This document shows positions 1 to 12,809 of a stretch of DNA of 35,005 nucleotides, in pieces. The stretch covers positions 53,912,792 to 53,947,796 of the forward strand of contig NC_068999.1 in assembly GCF_001194135.2 (NCBI RefSeq), given 5' to 3'. How positions within the stretch are numbered: the first letter of the stretch is position 1; each line of letters opens with the position of its first letter. Both the position numbers and the translations under genes were made by a program. The DNA is from Octopus bimaculoides. Its lineage: Eukaryota. The notes beneath the pieces were generated by a model. It was given only the letters and a program-made list of their open reading frames with translations, was not told the DNA's origin and searched no databases.

Positions 1-310
1 GACCGTTGCCAGTACCGCCTGACTGGCCTTGTAGGGTTTTCGAGCGAGATCGTTGCCAGTGCCCCTGGACTGGCTTGTGCGGGTGGCACATAAAAGACAC
101 CATTTCGAGCGTGGCCGTTTTCGTGCGGGTGACACGTAAAAGCACTACACTCTCTGAGTGGTTGGCGTTAGGAAGGGCATCCAGCTGTAGAAACTCTGCC
201 AAATTAGATTGGAGCCTGGTGTAGCCATCCGGTTGCACCAGTCCTCAGTCAAATCGTCCAACCCATGCTAGCATGGAAAGCGGACGTGAAACGATGATGA
301 TGATGATGAT
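1..310 (+). mobile_element. 3' end of RTE-type LINE or RTE-tailed SINE with (ATG)n tail
   Basis: ggaagggcatccagctgtagaaac...ctagcatggaaagcggacgt...(gat)n, shared with copies at 6262, 8755, 21928, 27453 and 33990. CpG-rich, so probably young. Confidence 0.8.
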
Positions 311-321
311 ATATATTTACA

Positions 322-420
322 CAGTCGAACCCAGGTTTACGAATATAATTAATTCCTGAAGACCATTTGTCACCTGAAATGTTCATAAACCAAAACTATT
401 TTTCCCATAGGAAATTCAAG
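322..420 (+). mobile_element. Tigger/pogo-like DNA transposon end fragment
   Basis: cagtcgaacccaggtttacg resembles Tigger-type TIRs and is followed by ttttcccataggaa. The other end was not found. Confidence 0.35.
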
Positions 421-1377
421 TGAAGGCATGGCGGGTTTGAGCAGTGGTATTGTTTATTCACCATTACATATGTTTTGTTTGCTAATAGGAGCTACAAAAT
501 TGTTCCTGTAGTAGAAATCATGTAAGATATTTCCTATTAGAAATTCTTCAAACAAAGAGAATCACTATTATGTGATTCTCTGTCTGAATAATTTCTAATG
601 AGATATCTAACTAAATGATATGTAACTGAGTAAGTATACACGCTACACAGCAGCCTTCTAAAGTTTTGAATACCACTAGTGACACTCTTTTCCCCACCAC
701 ACCAGTGGTAATCCATATGTTGGAAACTGCTGCAATAGAGCATAGCTACAGAGTGTGATTGTTATGGCTAAAAAGCCTGAGTCACACAAGGCTGAATCAA
801 CAAGATACCAAACAAACAAAATCAAATTGTCAGTAGTTCATATTATGTCATTGGCACTGTACTATATCCATCCCTGGGCCAAACTATTGTATCTGATTGA
901 CCCAGTCTACATAGCTGTACATGGATGCCGCAGCTTGAATGCTTCACCATTCACTGGTAACTAGAGAAGCAGTGGTAACTAGAGAAGAACTAAGGTGTGG
1001 TTGTATTTAACTCTTTGTCAGTCCTGATCAAGAAAATCTACAATCAAAAAGGTGTTCCAGCTATAAGCACGACATCTTAATATTCAGGCAGTATCTAATG
1101 TGTCCTTCCATTTTTTAAGACAAATGTAATTTGAGGAGTATTTGTCTGTTATTTCTAGCGTGTCGTGTGACCAATAAGAAGCTGTGGCTTGTTTATATAT
1201 AATATCAGTTTGATAGCTTCTATTGTTTTACTTGCTTCAGTCATTGGACTGTGGCCATGCTGGGACACTGCTCTGAAGGATCTAGTTGAACAAAGCCACA
1301 AGATTAGGAACACTCAGCTGAAAAGGGATACAGGGGACAGGCCTGTATGCAAGGACAATCATGATTTCAATTAGCTC

Positions 1378-1819
1378 GATGCGTAGGTGCAGGTGTAGCA
1401 AAAAGTTCATTTTTCCAGTCACATGGTGCCAGGTTCAGTTCTACAGCATGGCACCTTGGGCAAGTCTTCCACTAAAGCCTCAGGCCAACCAAAGCCTTGT
1501 AAATGGATTTGGTAGATGGAATCTGAAAGAAGCCTATCATATATATATGCATATATATATGCATATATATATGTGTATGTGCGTGTGTATGTATGTGTGT
1601 GTGTGTGTGTCTTTGCTTCTGTTTGTCCCCCACCATTGCTTGACAATTGGTGTTGGTGTGTTTACATCCTTGTAACTTAGCAGTTCGTCAAAAAGGACTG
1701 ATAGAATAGGTACCAGTCTTAAAATTATTAGTACTGGGGTCAATTTATTTGACTAAAATTTCTTCTAGGCTGTGCCCCAGCATGGCCGCATTCTAATGAC
1801 TGAAACAAGTAAAAGATAA
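1378..1819 (+). mobile_element. tRNA-derived SINE, near full length, with internal (TA)/(TG) microsatellite
   Basis: Head with ggttcagttc B-box-like motif and ccttgggcaagt, body gtactggggtcaatt, tail aatgactgaaacaagtaaaagataa. Homologous partial copies occur elsewhere in the window. Confidence 0.75.
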
Positions 1820-2219
1820 CATAATGTAATGGTATGTCTACATAAAGTGATGGTTATGGCTACACATAATGACAGCACGGTTATGTAACCATACCATTAC
1901 ATTATATAACTATGCCATTATGTACTGCAACTATACCATCACATACTGCAGCCACAACTACATTATGTAATCATTCATGTGATGGTAACACTACAATACA
2001 GTGATGGTATGATTACTTAATAAGATAGTGTTAACTAAACTACATTGCCTGAGTGAACAGTTAAACTCGGGACGTGACTTGCAGGTGCAGAGATTAAGTG
2101 GTGACTGGTATTTCCTTCCATAAGAGAATCAATAGGAATAGTGAGGAATGGTGAGAACTGGTTAAAAAAAAGATGGCCAATATCATCAGTATGTAAACCT
2201 CAGTAGCTGAAACCCCACA

Positions 2220-2844
2220 ACTGTAGCACCGGATATTTATTTTTATTTCTAAGCTAGGATTAAGTTTCGTTTTGTAGCTCTACCCCCGACAAGAAGGAAG
2301 GAGAGACAGAGAGAGAGACTTCATTGAAATTCCTCTCGTTTGTATTTCAACATGTTTTTCTGCTGTAAAGTCTGTGATAAACAAGAGTACATTTGAGTCT
2401 ATGTGTAACTAAGTAAGTGGACCCTTGTCGTCCCCTCTTACTTTTAGTCAGGCAGGCATCCGGCCTTGGGCCTATAGTTTAACTGAGACTTTTAAGCAAG
2501 GGAACGGCAGCTAGAATAACAGGAGAGGGTTAGAGAGGTCTTCTGTATCGGTTTGCTGTTTTGTGACACAATTGTTGGGCTGGTTGTTCGATGTCTGACT
2601 GGTTGGCTGGTCGACGGCGGAAAAAAGAAAACAGACTATATAGGCAAAGGAAGCCAGTAGTCTAAATTAAAAATAACAAGATATCTGAAGCGAGAGAGAA
2701 GATAGAGTGAAAGATATAGAAAAGGAAGGAGGTATAGATAGACAAATAGATTGTGAGTGTGAGAAAGAAAGAGGTGAGAGAGACAGAGAGAGAAGGATAG
2801 ATTGAAACAGGAAAGAACGGGAGAAAGGGTGCAATAAACAGACT
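2220..2844 (+). promoter_or_regulatory. Candidate promoter/5' UTR region of the Shark-like gene
   Basis: Non-repetitive, relatively CpG-rich stretch followed by a purine-rich tract directly upstream of the ATG, with no splice acceptor in front of the ATG. The TSS cannot be located from sequence. Confidence 0.3.
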
Positions 2845-3013
2845 ATGGAGAAGTTTGTTAACAGTCTGGACGCTTCCAAATCGTCGAATAAAACATCTCT
2901 GTCTATTGATCAACAACTGATACAGGATAGATTGGAAAATAAAACAGCAGACGATGTTGTGGCTTATTACCATGAAAACCTCTGTCGGGAAGAAGCAGAG
3001 ACTTTATTACTTA
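2845..3013 (+). CDS. Shark: Shark-like coding exon 1 (start codon, N-terminal extension, start of SH2: YYHENLCREEAETLLL)
   Basis: ATG in strong Kozak context (gactATGG), in-frame upstream TGA at 2803-2805, SH2 alphaA motif YH..L.REEAE.LL, donor A|gtgagt at 3014 in phase 1 matching exon 2. Confidence 0.85.
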
Positions 3014-4609
3014 GTGAGTATACACGTTTTACACATTTATGTTTATACACACAAATAACAGATGACTATATATATATAAGCATAATATATACACACTTAT
3101 ACCCTTCACATATGTGTATATACGCAGATGTTTATACAGTTTCATAAATACATATATTCTTTCTCTCTCTCATACATACATACATACATATTCTTTAAAA
3201 TCATATATACTATATGTGCGTGTATACACACACACATATATATATATACACGCACACACACACAAAGGAAGATTACCGCCTCTACGCAGGTTAACGACTT
3301 TAATTCTCCGTAGTTTACCAAAGTTTGGATGTATTTGTGTGTGTATGTGCGCGCGTGCATGTATGTATGTGTGCATTTGTACACACACACGCCCATGTTA
3401 ACAACGAAATGAAGACTTCACTTCCCTGTTGAGACTCTTTATGACATATCTACCATCAATTTCATTGGAACCGCCGACCCCTTTTTCGTTGCCTCTCCCT
3501 CTTTCCAGTTCTCGCTTAAGGACGTGTCTACTATTACTGACTCCACCGACCCCAGATAAAAAGGCAATTCGAAACCCTCACCGTCTATCTGTGAACCACG
3601 AGAAAGAATTTGTTAATAATAGGAAGTATAAATAACTTTGGGATTGTTGTCAATCTGGGACAGTTTTAGATCTCAGCGAAAACGTTTTGTCCCCGTGATG
3701 TGTGAAACCAGATAGTTCATTTTTTAACTCAAATATGAATATTTTAATATAACACACACACACGAACGTATATATATATATATTATATATATATATGTGT
3801 GTGTGTGTTTAGATAGAGAGAGTGAAAGAGTTGCATAATCATGAGCGAATCACAAAAACCCGGAATAGCATCACGTAAATACTGCTTCAGTATTCAGTGG
3901 AGAGGAGGTGGGGGGGGGGCCTTAGTAACTGGGGCAAAATGAGTAATTTCTGATTTCTTGTTATTTTCTACCTGTTTGAAATCATTACATTGCAAGTATT
4001 GCATCATCATTTTGTAGCTATCGCATCTTTAAGAGTAAAAATTGGTCAGCATAGGTGTTGTTGAAGTTGAGAGTTTGAAACATAGTCAGGTGACAGGTGC
4101 TTTGTTTTCAAGAAAATTTTCCTCAACTTTAACCTGATTGAGCATGCTAATAAAATATCTAGATAATTTTAGTGTTTAACAATCAATATTCTTTTCTCTG
4201 TTAGATTCCAAGTCCATTTTTCCAATACCAATGTCAATTTGATAATTTTCAATTTTCCAAAAAAATGATTTCTAAAATGGGGCAAAATAAGTAATGATTA
4301 ATTTCAATAATTTCTTTTATTTAACTGCATAATGTGTAAATATATCACAAAGTGGACACTCCAGCAGATCGTGAAGAAGCTATCGAGAATATTTTTTTTA
4401 TATTTAGTCAAGTTTCATTAATTTCATATCATGTGCTATTTTTCCATGAGCCTCTTTCTTTTAACCTAAATATTTAAAATTTTTGTTGCATTTCTGATCT
4501 TTATGTCTCAGGATGGATATTGATGTACATGAGGTTTTTTTTTTCAAATGTAATTCTGGAGAATTGAAGAGGCAAATTTACCTCGCATGCATGTGTGTGT
4601 GTGTGTGTC

Positions 4610-4770
4610 ACTGTTTTAATTGACCCCAGTACATTTTTTTTTAAGCCTGGTACTTATTCTATCAATCTCTTTTGCCAAACTGCTAGATTATGGAGATACA
4701 AACATACCAAAACCGGTTGTCAAGCAGTGGTGGGGGCCAAACAGACACAAAGACAAAGACAGATATACAC
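4610..4770 (-). mobile_element. Partial SINE, same family as 1378-1819
   Basis: ttgaccccagtac...ctggtacttattctatc...ggttgtcaagcagtggtggggg is the reverse complement of the body of the 1378 copy. Confidence 0.7.
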
Positions 4771-4791
4771 ACACACACACACACACACACA

Positions 4792-5167
4792 NNNNNNNNN
4801 NNNNNNNNNNNNNNNNNNNNNNNNNNNNNNNNNNNNNNNNNNNNNNNNNNNNNNNNNNNNNNNNNNNNNNNNNNNNNNNNNNNNNNNNNNNNNNNNNNNN
4901 NNNNNNNNNNNNNNNNNNNNNNNNNNNNNNNNNNNNNNNNNNNNNNNNNNNNNNNNNNNNNNNNNNNNNNNNNNNNNNNNNNNNNNNNNNNNNNNNNNNN
5001 NNNNNNNNNNNNNNNNNNNNNNNNNNNNNNNNNNNNNNNNNNNNNNNNNNNNNNNNNNNNNNNNNNNNNNNNNNNNNNNNNNNNNNNNNNNNNNNNNNNN
5101 NNNNNNNNNNNNNNNNNNNNNNNNNNNNNNNNNNNNNNNNNNNNNNNNNNNNNNNNNNNNNNNNNNN
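4792..5167. other. Assembly gap
   Basis: N run flanked by (CA)n. Confidence 0.99.
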
Positions 5168-5587
5168 GTCTGGGACATCCCTGTCCTTATTCACACACAC
5201 ATGCACGAGCACACACACACACACACACACACACACATGCACGAGCACACACATGCGCGAGCACACACATGCACGAGCACATACATGCACAAGCACACAC
5301 ACACACATGCACGAGCACACACACACACACACATGCGCGTGCGGCCTGATGAGATCAATTCTGTTTATGTCCAGACTGAGCTTCTGTAGGTTAACAACTG
5401 TAGAGACACATTTTTTTTTTTTTTTTACTTGCAAACATCAACCAATACAAGTTGAAGTTGAATGAACTCACAGAAACACCCTTGATTGTATCCTTTGAAA
5501 AGCAACATAACTGATTACTGTTGATTGAGAGAGACTGGCATTTATAACTTGTGGCAGAGGAGAGAGTTTAAATTCTAAATGGCTTAA

Positions 5588-5808
5588 CCATTTAGCATTT
5601 AAACCAGCTATATCTGGCCCCAAATTTTCTACTTCTTTAATGTTCAAACTGGCCAGATCTAGCTTCTCATGCCTATCCAACAATGCCATTCTAAAAACAA
5701 ACAATCACATCATTGAAATCTCAAAGCTACAAGATAATGCATGATTAATTTAAATCCACGTGAATGAATATGTATTACATTTGACAGAGTAATCTGAATA
5801 CTAAAGGG
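5588..5808. mobile_element. piggyBac-like MITE with TTAA target duplication
   Basis: TTAA at 5584-5587 and 5809-5812, with TIRs ccatttagcatt and aatactaaaggg (10/12 match). Confidence 0.75.
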
Positions 5809-6261
5809 TTAAAGGATAAAAGATATATATATATATATATCTCTTATCGTTTCAGTCATTTACTCGATTCAGTTATTGAGTGGGTTTTTGAAGATAATTT
5901 ATAGTAGAGGAAGAATGGTAGTGATTAGGAGAGGTCATAAAAGACTATTAAAGAAAAAAGGAGATAAAAGATAAATGAATCAGCCATAGGGTGAAGGAAA
6001 ATAAAAAGATAAGATAATAAAAAGATAATAATAATAAGGTAATAAAAAGATAATAAAAAATAACAATGCAAAAGAAAATACAATGAAATACAATAATACA
6101 ATAAAAATATACCAGTCAATTCAGAGCAGGGTCAGGGTATAGGAATCCCTATCTAATGGTTCAAAGAAACCCAGAAAACTTAGGGGTATACAGTGGTTAA
6201 TGGCTGGGAAGATACTGGATATAGTAGGTAGAACCTATTACCCACAACTATTGTTTTGACT

Positions 6262-7330
6262 TGCTTCACCTGGGAAGCTATACTAGGTTCCAGTCTGGTA
6301 TGGCATGGTTTCTACAGCTGGATGCCCTTTCTAATGCCAACCACTCCAAGAATGTAGTGGGTGCCATTGACATGACACCAGCATTGGCCACATGCTTGAA
6401 TGGTGCTTTTTACATGCCACCAGCACAGGTTCAGTCAACCAGGTGTCAGGCACCAGCCACAGCTATGATTTCACTTGGCTTGACAGGTCTTCTCAAGCAC
6501 AGCATATCACCCAACGTTTGAGGGGTGATTTTTATGTGCCAATTACATGACGCTGGCATCGACCATGACTACAAGCTCACTTGGCTTGATAGGTCTCTTC
6601 AAGCACAACATATCACCAAAGGTCTCAGTCACATGTCATTACTTCCATGAGGCCCAGCATTTGAAGATCATGCTTCACCACCTCATCCCATGTCTTTCTG
6701 GGGTTATCTCTTCCACAAGTTCCTTCCACCTTTAGAGTGTGACACTTCTTCACACAGCTGTCCTCGTCCATATGCATCACATGTCCATACCAGTGCAATC
6801 ATCTCTCTTGCACACCATATCTGATGCCTCTTATACCCGGCTTTTCTCTCAAGGCACTTACACTCTGTCGTACATGCCCACTGACATTACACTTCCAACA
6901 GAGCATACTGGCTTCATTTCTTACAAGCCTACGCATGTCCTTGGTGCTCACAGCCCATGTTTCACTGTTGTGTAGCATGGCTATTCACACACAAGCATCA
7001 TACAACCTGCCTTTCACTCTGAGAGAGAGGCTCTTTGTTACCAGCAGAGGTAGGAGCTCTCTGAACTTTGCCCAGACTATTCTTATTGTAACAGTTACTC
7101 TCTTGATGCATCCCCATCCCCACTACTAACTTGGTCACCTACGTAACAGAAACTATCGACAACTTCTAGTTTTCTCCCCTGGCATTTTCTCTACATTTTT
7201 AGTGTTAATTTTACCTGTGCACCTACCACACAAAAAACTATTTTCCCTGTTAACCTTCCTCTGATATTGCTGCACCTCTTATGTGTCCATAGCTTACACC
7301 AGGTACATTTTACGGAGTTTTTACCTATGC
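6262..7330 (-). mobile_element. 5'-truncated degenerate RTE-clade LINE (RT C-terminus plus 3' UTR)
   Basis: Minus-strand translation gives CKLWTHKRCSNI, VDSFCYVGD, ETWAV, RNEASML, WYGHVM.MDEDSCVKKC with stops. The 3' UTR matches 1-310. Confidence 0.88.
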
Positions 7331-7536
7331 CTTTTCTACAGATCAAGCAAGACCATCTACCTGAAGGGATTTGTGATGTGTCTGCTCTCCTACTTTCTAA
7401 GATTTGGGGTTTTGTTAGATTAACTCTGAGGCCCTTTCATTCTGAGCCTTCCTTCCATGTCTTCCATATGTGTGTGTGTGTGTGTGTGTGTATTGTTGAA
7501 ATTTACAGAAAAACAAAAGACGAAGACAGGTGTATG

Positions 7537-7590
<54 letters not shown>

Positions 7591-7934
7591 GACAGTTAGA
7601 TATCATCATTATTATGATTATCATCATTATATGTGTGTGTGCGTGTGTGTATGAGTGTGCATCTGTGTTCACTTAAAATCCTAAGTTGCATTACGTTCTT
7701 TAATCACCTTTGTTCCTGTTTTATCTAGCTTAGGACTCCATCATGCCATGTTGATATATGTAGCACAATACTGTACTGCCAGAGAAAAATGTTGTTTGTT
7801 ATTTTAGCTTCCATAGTATCTGACATTCTACATGAGATTAAAAGTTAGCTACCTGTAGTCCTGCTTTCCAATGGTCTTCATTTTATCTTTCTCAACAGTT
7901 GATCATAGTAAACACAGATATTGGTGGTGTTATA

Positions 7935-8095
7935 TTTTATCTGTTTCAGTCATGCTGGAGCATTGCCTTGAAAGTTTTAGTCCAACAAAATGACCCCAGA
8001 AATTACTTTTTAAGCCTGGTACTTATTCTTAGTCTCTTTTGCTGAATCGCTAAGTTATGGGAACATTAAACAAACCAACACTGGTTGTCAATCAT
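7935..8095 (-). mobile_element. Partial SINE, same family as 1378-1819
   Basis: tttcagtcat tail, gaccccag and ctggtacttattc motifs in reverse orientation. Confidence 0.65.
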
Positions 8096-8212
8096 TGTGT
8101 GTGTGTGTGTGTGTGTAAAGAGAGACAGGCAGGAAGAAGGAAGGAGGTAGAAAAAGAAACAATGTATTTATTTCTGTTTGTATTCATGGACACATACACT
8201 TCTACACACTGG

Positions 8213-8255
<43 letters not shown>

Positions 8256-8754
8256 CATGTATTTACTACACATTACTACATATTTACCCCTCATTAGTAT
8301 CCATGCTGCTTATATTACAGCTTCCTACTTTTCTACCCTATTACTGCGATAATCAATTTCTACCCACTGCGCTACCTCTATCCACCCCAAAAGCAAAAAT
8401 TCCAACCAGTTTAGATCATTTCCATGAATACCAACTAGTTTTTGGTGAAATCTCCTCCTGTTTACTGAGTGTGTGGCTGAAACAAATTATGGACTTATCA
8501 GTGCTCACCCTTTCCCTTCCCTTCCCCTCTTTCTCCCTCTTTCTTTCTCTCTCTTTCTTGTGGTTGTTATGTGTGTGTGTGTGTGTGTGTTTGTATTATT
8601 GAGAATCTTTGTAAAAAGGAAATGTGTGATCGCATATATTTGTGTGTGTGTGTTATTGTTGTCGTCATCACCATCATTATCATCATCATCATCATTGTTG
8701 TCATCCTCATCATCACATCTGTTTTCTATGCTCCTATGGATAGGATAAATGTAT

Positions 8755-9335
8755 CATTATCATCATCATCATCATCGTCATCGTCGTCATCATCATTTAG
8801 TGTCCATTTTCCATGCTGGCATGGGTTAGATGGTTTGACTGGAGCTGGTAAGTCAGAAAGCTGTACCAGACTCCAGTCTGTTTTGGCTTGGTTTCTATGG
8901 CTGGATGCCCTTCCTAACGCCAACCATGCCACAGAGTGTACTGGATGTCTTTTACATGTCACTGGCATGGGTACTTTTTGCATGTCACCAGTATAGGTGC
9001 TTTTCACGTGTCACCAGCACTGGCCATGACCACAATTTCACTTAGCTTGACATGTCTTCTCAAGCACAGTAAATCATCCCTTGTCATCACTTCCATGAGA
9101 CTCAACATCTGAAGATCATATTTCATCACCTGATCCCATGTCTTCCTGGGTCCTACCTCTTCCACAGGATCCCTCCACATTTAGAGATCAGCACTTTTTT
9201 ACGCAGCTGTCTTCATCCATATACATCACATGACCATACCAGTGCAGTCTTCTCTGTTGCACACTACATCTGATATCTCTTATAGCCAATTTTTCTCTTA
9301 AGCCATTTACACTCAATTGTACAGGCACACTGACC
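8755..9335 (-). mobile_element. RTE-clade LINE 3' fragment with (ATG)n tail
   Basis: Homologous to 6262-6860 (cactttttacgcagctgtcttcatccat, ccataccagtgcagtc), with the (CAT)n tail at its left end. Confidence 0.85.
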
Positions 9336-9339
9336 TCCT

Positions 9340-9470
9340 TGTTTCTTTCTGTATTCCTTTCTGTTGAAGAGCGTAGGCTCGAAACGTTAAAGACTTTTTC
9401 AATTCCCGAGCGTTATACTAATACATCCATTTGTTGTTTACACCACCTGTCTTTGTCTGTTATTTTTTCG
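9340..9470 (+). mobile_element. Penelope-like element fragment carrying a minimal hammerhead-like motif
   Basis: cttt-CTGTTGA-A-GAGC(gtag)GCTC-GAAA-CG-TT-aaag at 9357-9392. Confidence 0.55.
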
Positions 9471-10113
9471 ATATATATATATACATACATATCCATATAT
9501 ACACGTGTTTATATGTCTGGCACATGCAAGTATGAAATTACTATTACTAGTCATCCAACTTCCGTTGATGATACTATGAGGTTCAGAACTCCATAGTATT
9601 CTCAAGTAGCTAAAGTGAGTTGATGAGGAGTTCTGTCAACTGGCAGTAATCTACTAACTGGATTGGTTGACCCTAGACTGACCTTTGGTTGAAGAGGCTC
9701 TTCCGCCCACTCTGTATCATTTAGTTTCACTGAATGAAGGTCATACATTGAATGAAGATCAATACGTTCAACTTCACATCAGCCATGCCACTCCCTTTGA
9801 CTTCACCATAACCCTGGCTCAGAAATTTTTCATCATTGAGGTTAACTCCTCTCTATACATACTACTGGATGGTCAGATACTCTATATAGATACTACTGGA
9901 TGGCCATTGACTCCTGCAACTTCCTCCAACCTTTCATGGGTTTTGTTTTTCATCCCGCAGTGTCGTCCAAATGCCCTGGCTTAGTCACTGATGATATGAC
10001 CATGCAACAAGTTGTACTGGGTCATATGTTACCAGTGGCACTTGAGAGTGGCTTGACAAGTATGAAAAGTAGATGTTAAAAGGATGATGATGATGATGGT
10101 GATAATGATGCAT

Positions 10114-10149
<36 letters not shown>

Positions 10150-10323
10150 GTGTGTGTCTGTGTATCTGTGATATATATATATATATCATTATCAACATTC
10201 AATGTCCATGTTCCCTACCATCCTACTGGATGGTTCAACAAGGATGAGAACCTCCCAACTATGCCAGCATGGAGCATGGATGCTAAATGACAATGATGAT
10301 GATGATAATGATGATGATGCATA

Positions 10324-10368
<45 letters not shown>

Positions 10369-10806
10369 ATAAAGGAATAGGGACTTGGGATCTGGGCAGG
10401 TACCTTATTAGCACTCTGATATTGTCTAGATCTGACTAACCATACCAAATGATAGGGAACATACAGACTTGTTTAAGATAAGCAATTACATGGTACTTCA
10501 CTCGATAGATAAATCCTGAGTTTGCTTCATTGGATTTCATACGGCATACAGAGTATATAATCAAGATATCATAAAGAAGAATTTGTTTATTACAGTATTA
10601 TTCTCATTAGATTCCAATCTGACACATGTTCCTGCTGGATAAGTGTCCTAATGACCTTGAAGGAAGTATTTATGTGCATTTAGTTGATTCAAGTGCGGTT
10701 CGTATTCATCTAAGGTAGACATCCTTGTGCAGATGGGTGAAGCTTCACGCACTTGCATGGAATATGTGCATACATATATGTGTATATGAGTGTGTGTGTA
10801 TAGATA

Positions 10807-11145
10807 TGTATGACGCATGCGTACGAACAACCATGCTACAGCAGACTGTATGACGCATGCGTACGAACAACCATGCTACATGGCAGTGAAACATGGGCTG
10901 TAACTGCTGAGGACATACGTAAGCTCGCAAGGAATGAAGCCAGTATGCTCCGTTGGATGTGTAATGTCAATGTGAATACCCGTCAGAGTGTAAGTATCTT
11001 GAGAGAAAAGCTGAACATTAGAAGCATCAGTTGTGGCGTGCAAGAGAGACGATTGCGCTGGTATGGACATGTGGTGAGAATGGAGGAGGATAGCTGCGTG
11101 AAAAAGTGCCACACCCTAACAGTTGAGGGAACCCGTGGAAGAGGT
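10807..11145 (+). mobile_element. RTE-clade LINE RT C-terminal fragment, frame intact, runs into gap
   Basis: RLYDACVRTTMLHGSETWAV...RNEASMLRWMC...ERRLRWYGHVVRMEEDSCVKKC without stops. A 34 bp direct duplication lies at the 5' junction. Confidence 0.92.
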
Positions 11146-11894
11146 NNNNNNNNNNNNNNNNNNNNNNNNNNNNNNNNNNNNNNNNNNNNNNNNNNNNNNN
11201 NNNNNNNNNNNNNNNNNNNNNNNNNNNNNNNNNNNNNNNNNNNNNNNNNNNNNNNNNNNNNNNNNNNNNNNNNNNNNNNNNNNNNNNNNNNNNNNNNNNN
11301 NNNNNNNNNNNNNNNNNNNNNNNNNNNNNNNNNNNNNNNNNNNNNNNNNNNNNNNNNNNNNNNNNNNNNNNNNNNNNNNNNNNNNNNNNNNNNNNNNNNN
11401 NNNNNNNNNNNNNNNNNNNNNNNNNNNNNNNNNNNNNNNNNNNNNNNNNNNNNNNNNNNNNNNNNNNNNNNNNNNNNNNNNNNNNNNNNNNNNNNNNNNN
11501 NNNNNNNNNNNNNNNNNNNNNNNNNNNNNNNNNNNNNNNNNNNNNNNNNNNNNNNNNNNNNNNNNNNNNNNNNNNNNNNNNNNNNNNNNNNNNNNNNNNN
11601 NNNNNNNNNNNNNNNNNNNNNNNNNNNNNNNNNNNNNNNNNNNNNNNNNNNNNNNNNNNNNNNNNNNNNNNNNNNNNNNNNNNNNNNNNNNNNNNNNNNN
11701 NNNNNNNNNNNNNNNNNNNNNNNNNNNNNNNNNNNNNNNNNNNNNNNNNNNNNNNNNNNNNNNNNNNNNNNNNNNNNNNNNNNNNNNNNNNNNNNNNNNN
11801 NNNNNNNNNNNNNNNNNNNNNNNNNNNNNNNNNNNNNNNNNNNNNNNNNNNNNNNNNNNNNNNNNNNNNNNNNNNNNNNNNNNNNNNNNNNNNN
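11146..11894. other. Assembly gap, probably hiding the rest of the RTE copy at 10807
   Basis: N run starting mid-RTE frame. Confidence 0.99.
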
Positions 11895-12809
11895 GGGGGG
11901 GGGGGTAAAGAAAAAGAGCGACTGTGGTGCTGGCAGCAGTGGTGATTGTGGTGGTGGAAGTGATGGTGGCGACAGTGGTAGTGCCTTTAGTGATAATGCA
12001 GCATTGATTATATTAGTCATGGTAATGATAATGGTCATGGTTGAGCTTTGTGACGGTGGTGGTTGTAGTGGTGGTGGTGGTGGTCACGGTTGTTGTGCTA
12101 GTGGTGATTGTGATGACCATGGTGGTGGCAGCAGTGGCTGATGGTAGTTGTTTTTGTTGTTGTTGTTGTTGCTGTTTCAGTGGCAGCGGCAGGTGTTGAG
12201 TTTTCCTCATATTAGTTTGGGTTGGATGGACCTGTAAATTCAGATTTGTTAGTGCATTTTTTATCTACTGTTTTTTTACCTTTTTTGATATTTTTTTAAT
12301 GTAATTACTCAACCACTGAACCATGCAGTTAATGTGGCATCTGTTTTTAACGTATCATCTTGAGATATCGCAACAGAACTCAGGAGCTTCTGACTCTTGC
12401 ACCTGTGAAAGCAAGCATAAATAATTGTGTGGGTTCTATTCCTGGATCAGGCTGTACATCAGCACATTCCACCTTTGACCAAGGTACTTTATTTTGCATT
12501 GAGCAAGGCACTTTATTTTGCATCCTTTTGATACCAACCTGCCTGACACTGCCTATAGTTCTATAATACAAACTTCTTTTTATAAACAAACTAGCATGTG
12601 CATTTTCTGCAATGATTTGATAAGCAATGCCGAATTTTACAATTCTGTAAATAATGATATTTTTTATAAACTTAAAGCTTATAAGCTATCACCATGTATT
12701 GACTAAAGAAAATAGTCTAATATTGGGGCATATGAGCCCTCAACAAAACCAGTGGGTTTTCTGTATGTGTGGAACTCTGGCCCACACCCTAGGAAGAACT
12801 GCACCTTCT

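Noticed and set aside
3400-3700. CpG-richer segment with a - strand donor (GACG|gtgagg) suggesting a divergent transcript
   Set aside because: A single donor-like motif without an ORF or acceptor is not enough.
3925-4570. Repeated ggggcaaaat(g/a)ag motifs suggesting an old DNA transposon
   Set aside because: No matching inverted end or TSD could be established.
4595-5465. Long ORFs of 150-440 aa spanning N runs (also 10810-12141, 16283-16759, 24542-25432)
   Set aside because: Their length comes from N codons and flanking microsatellites. Only the RTE part at 10807-11145 is real coding-derived sequence.
9685-9984. 99 aa + strand ORF in non-microsatellite DNA
   Set aside because: It has no motif or splice support. 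It is probably a decayed unclassified repeat (small internal duplication atactactggatgg).
12309-12402. Strong - strand acceptor (ttatttatgcttgctttcacag|G) with a 30-codon open frame
   Set aside because: It lies far past the candidate poly(A) signal of the antisense unit, has no recognisable peptide, and no partner exon was found.
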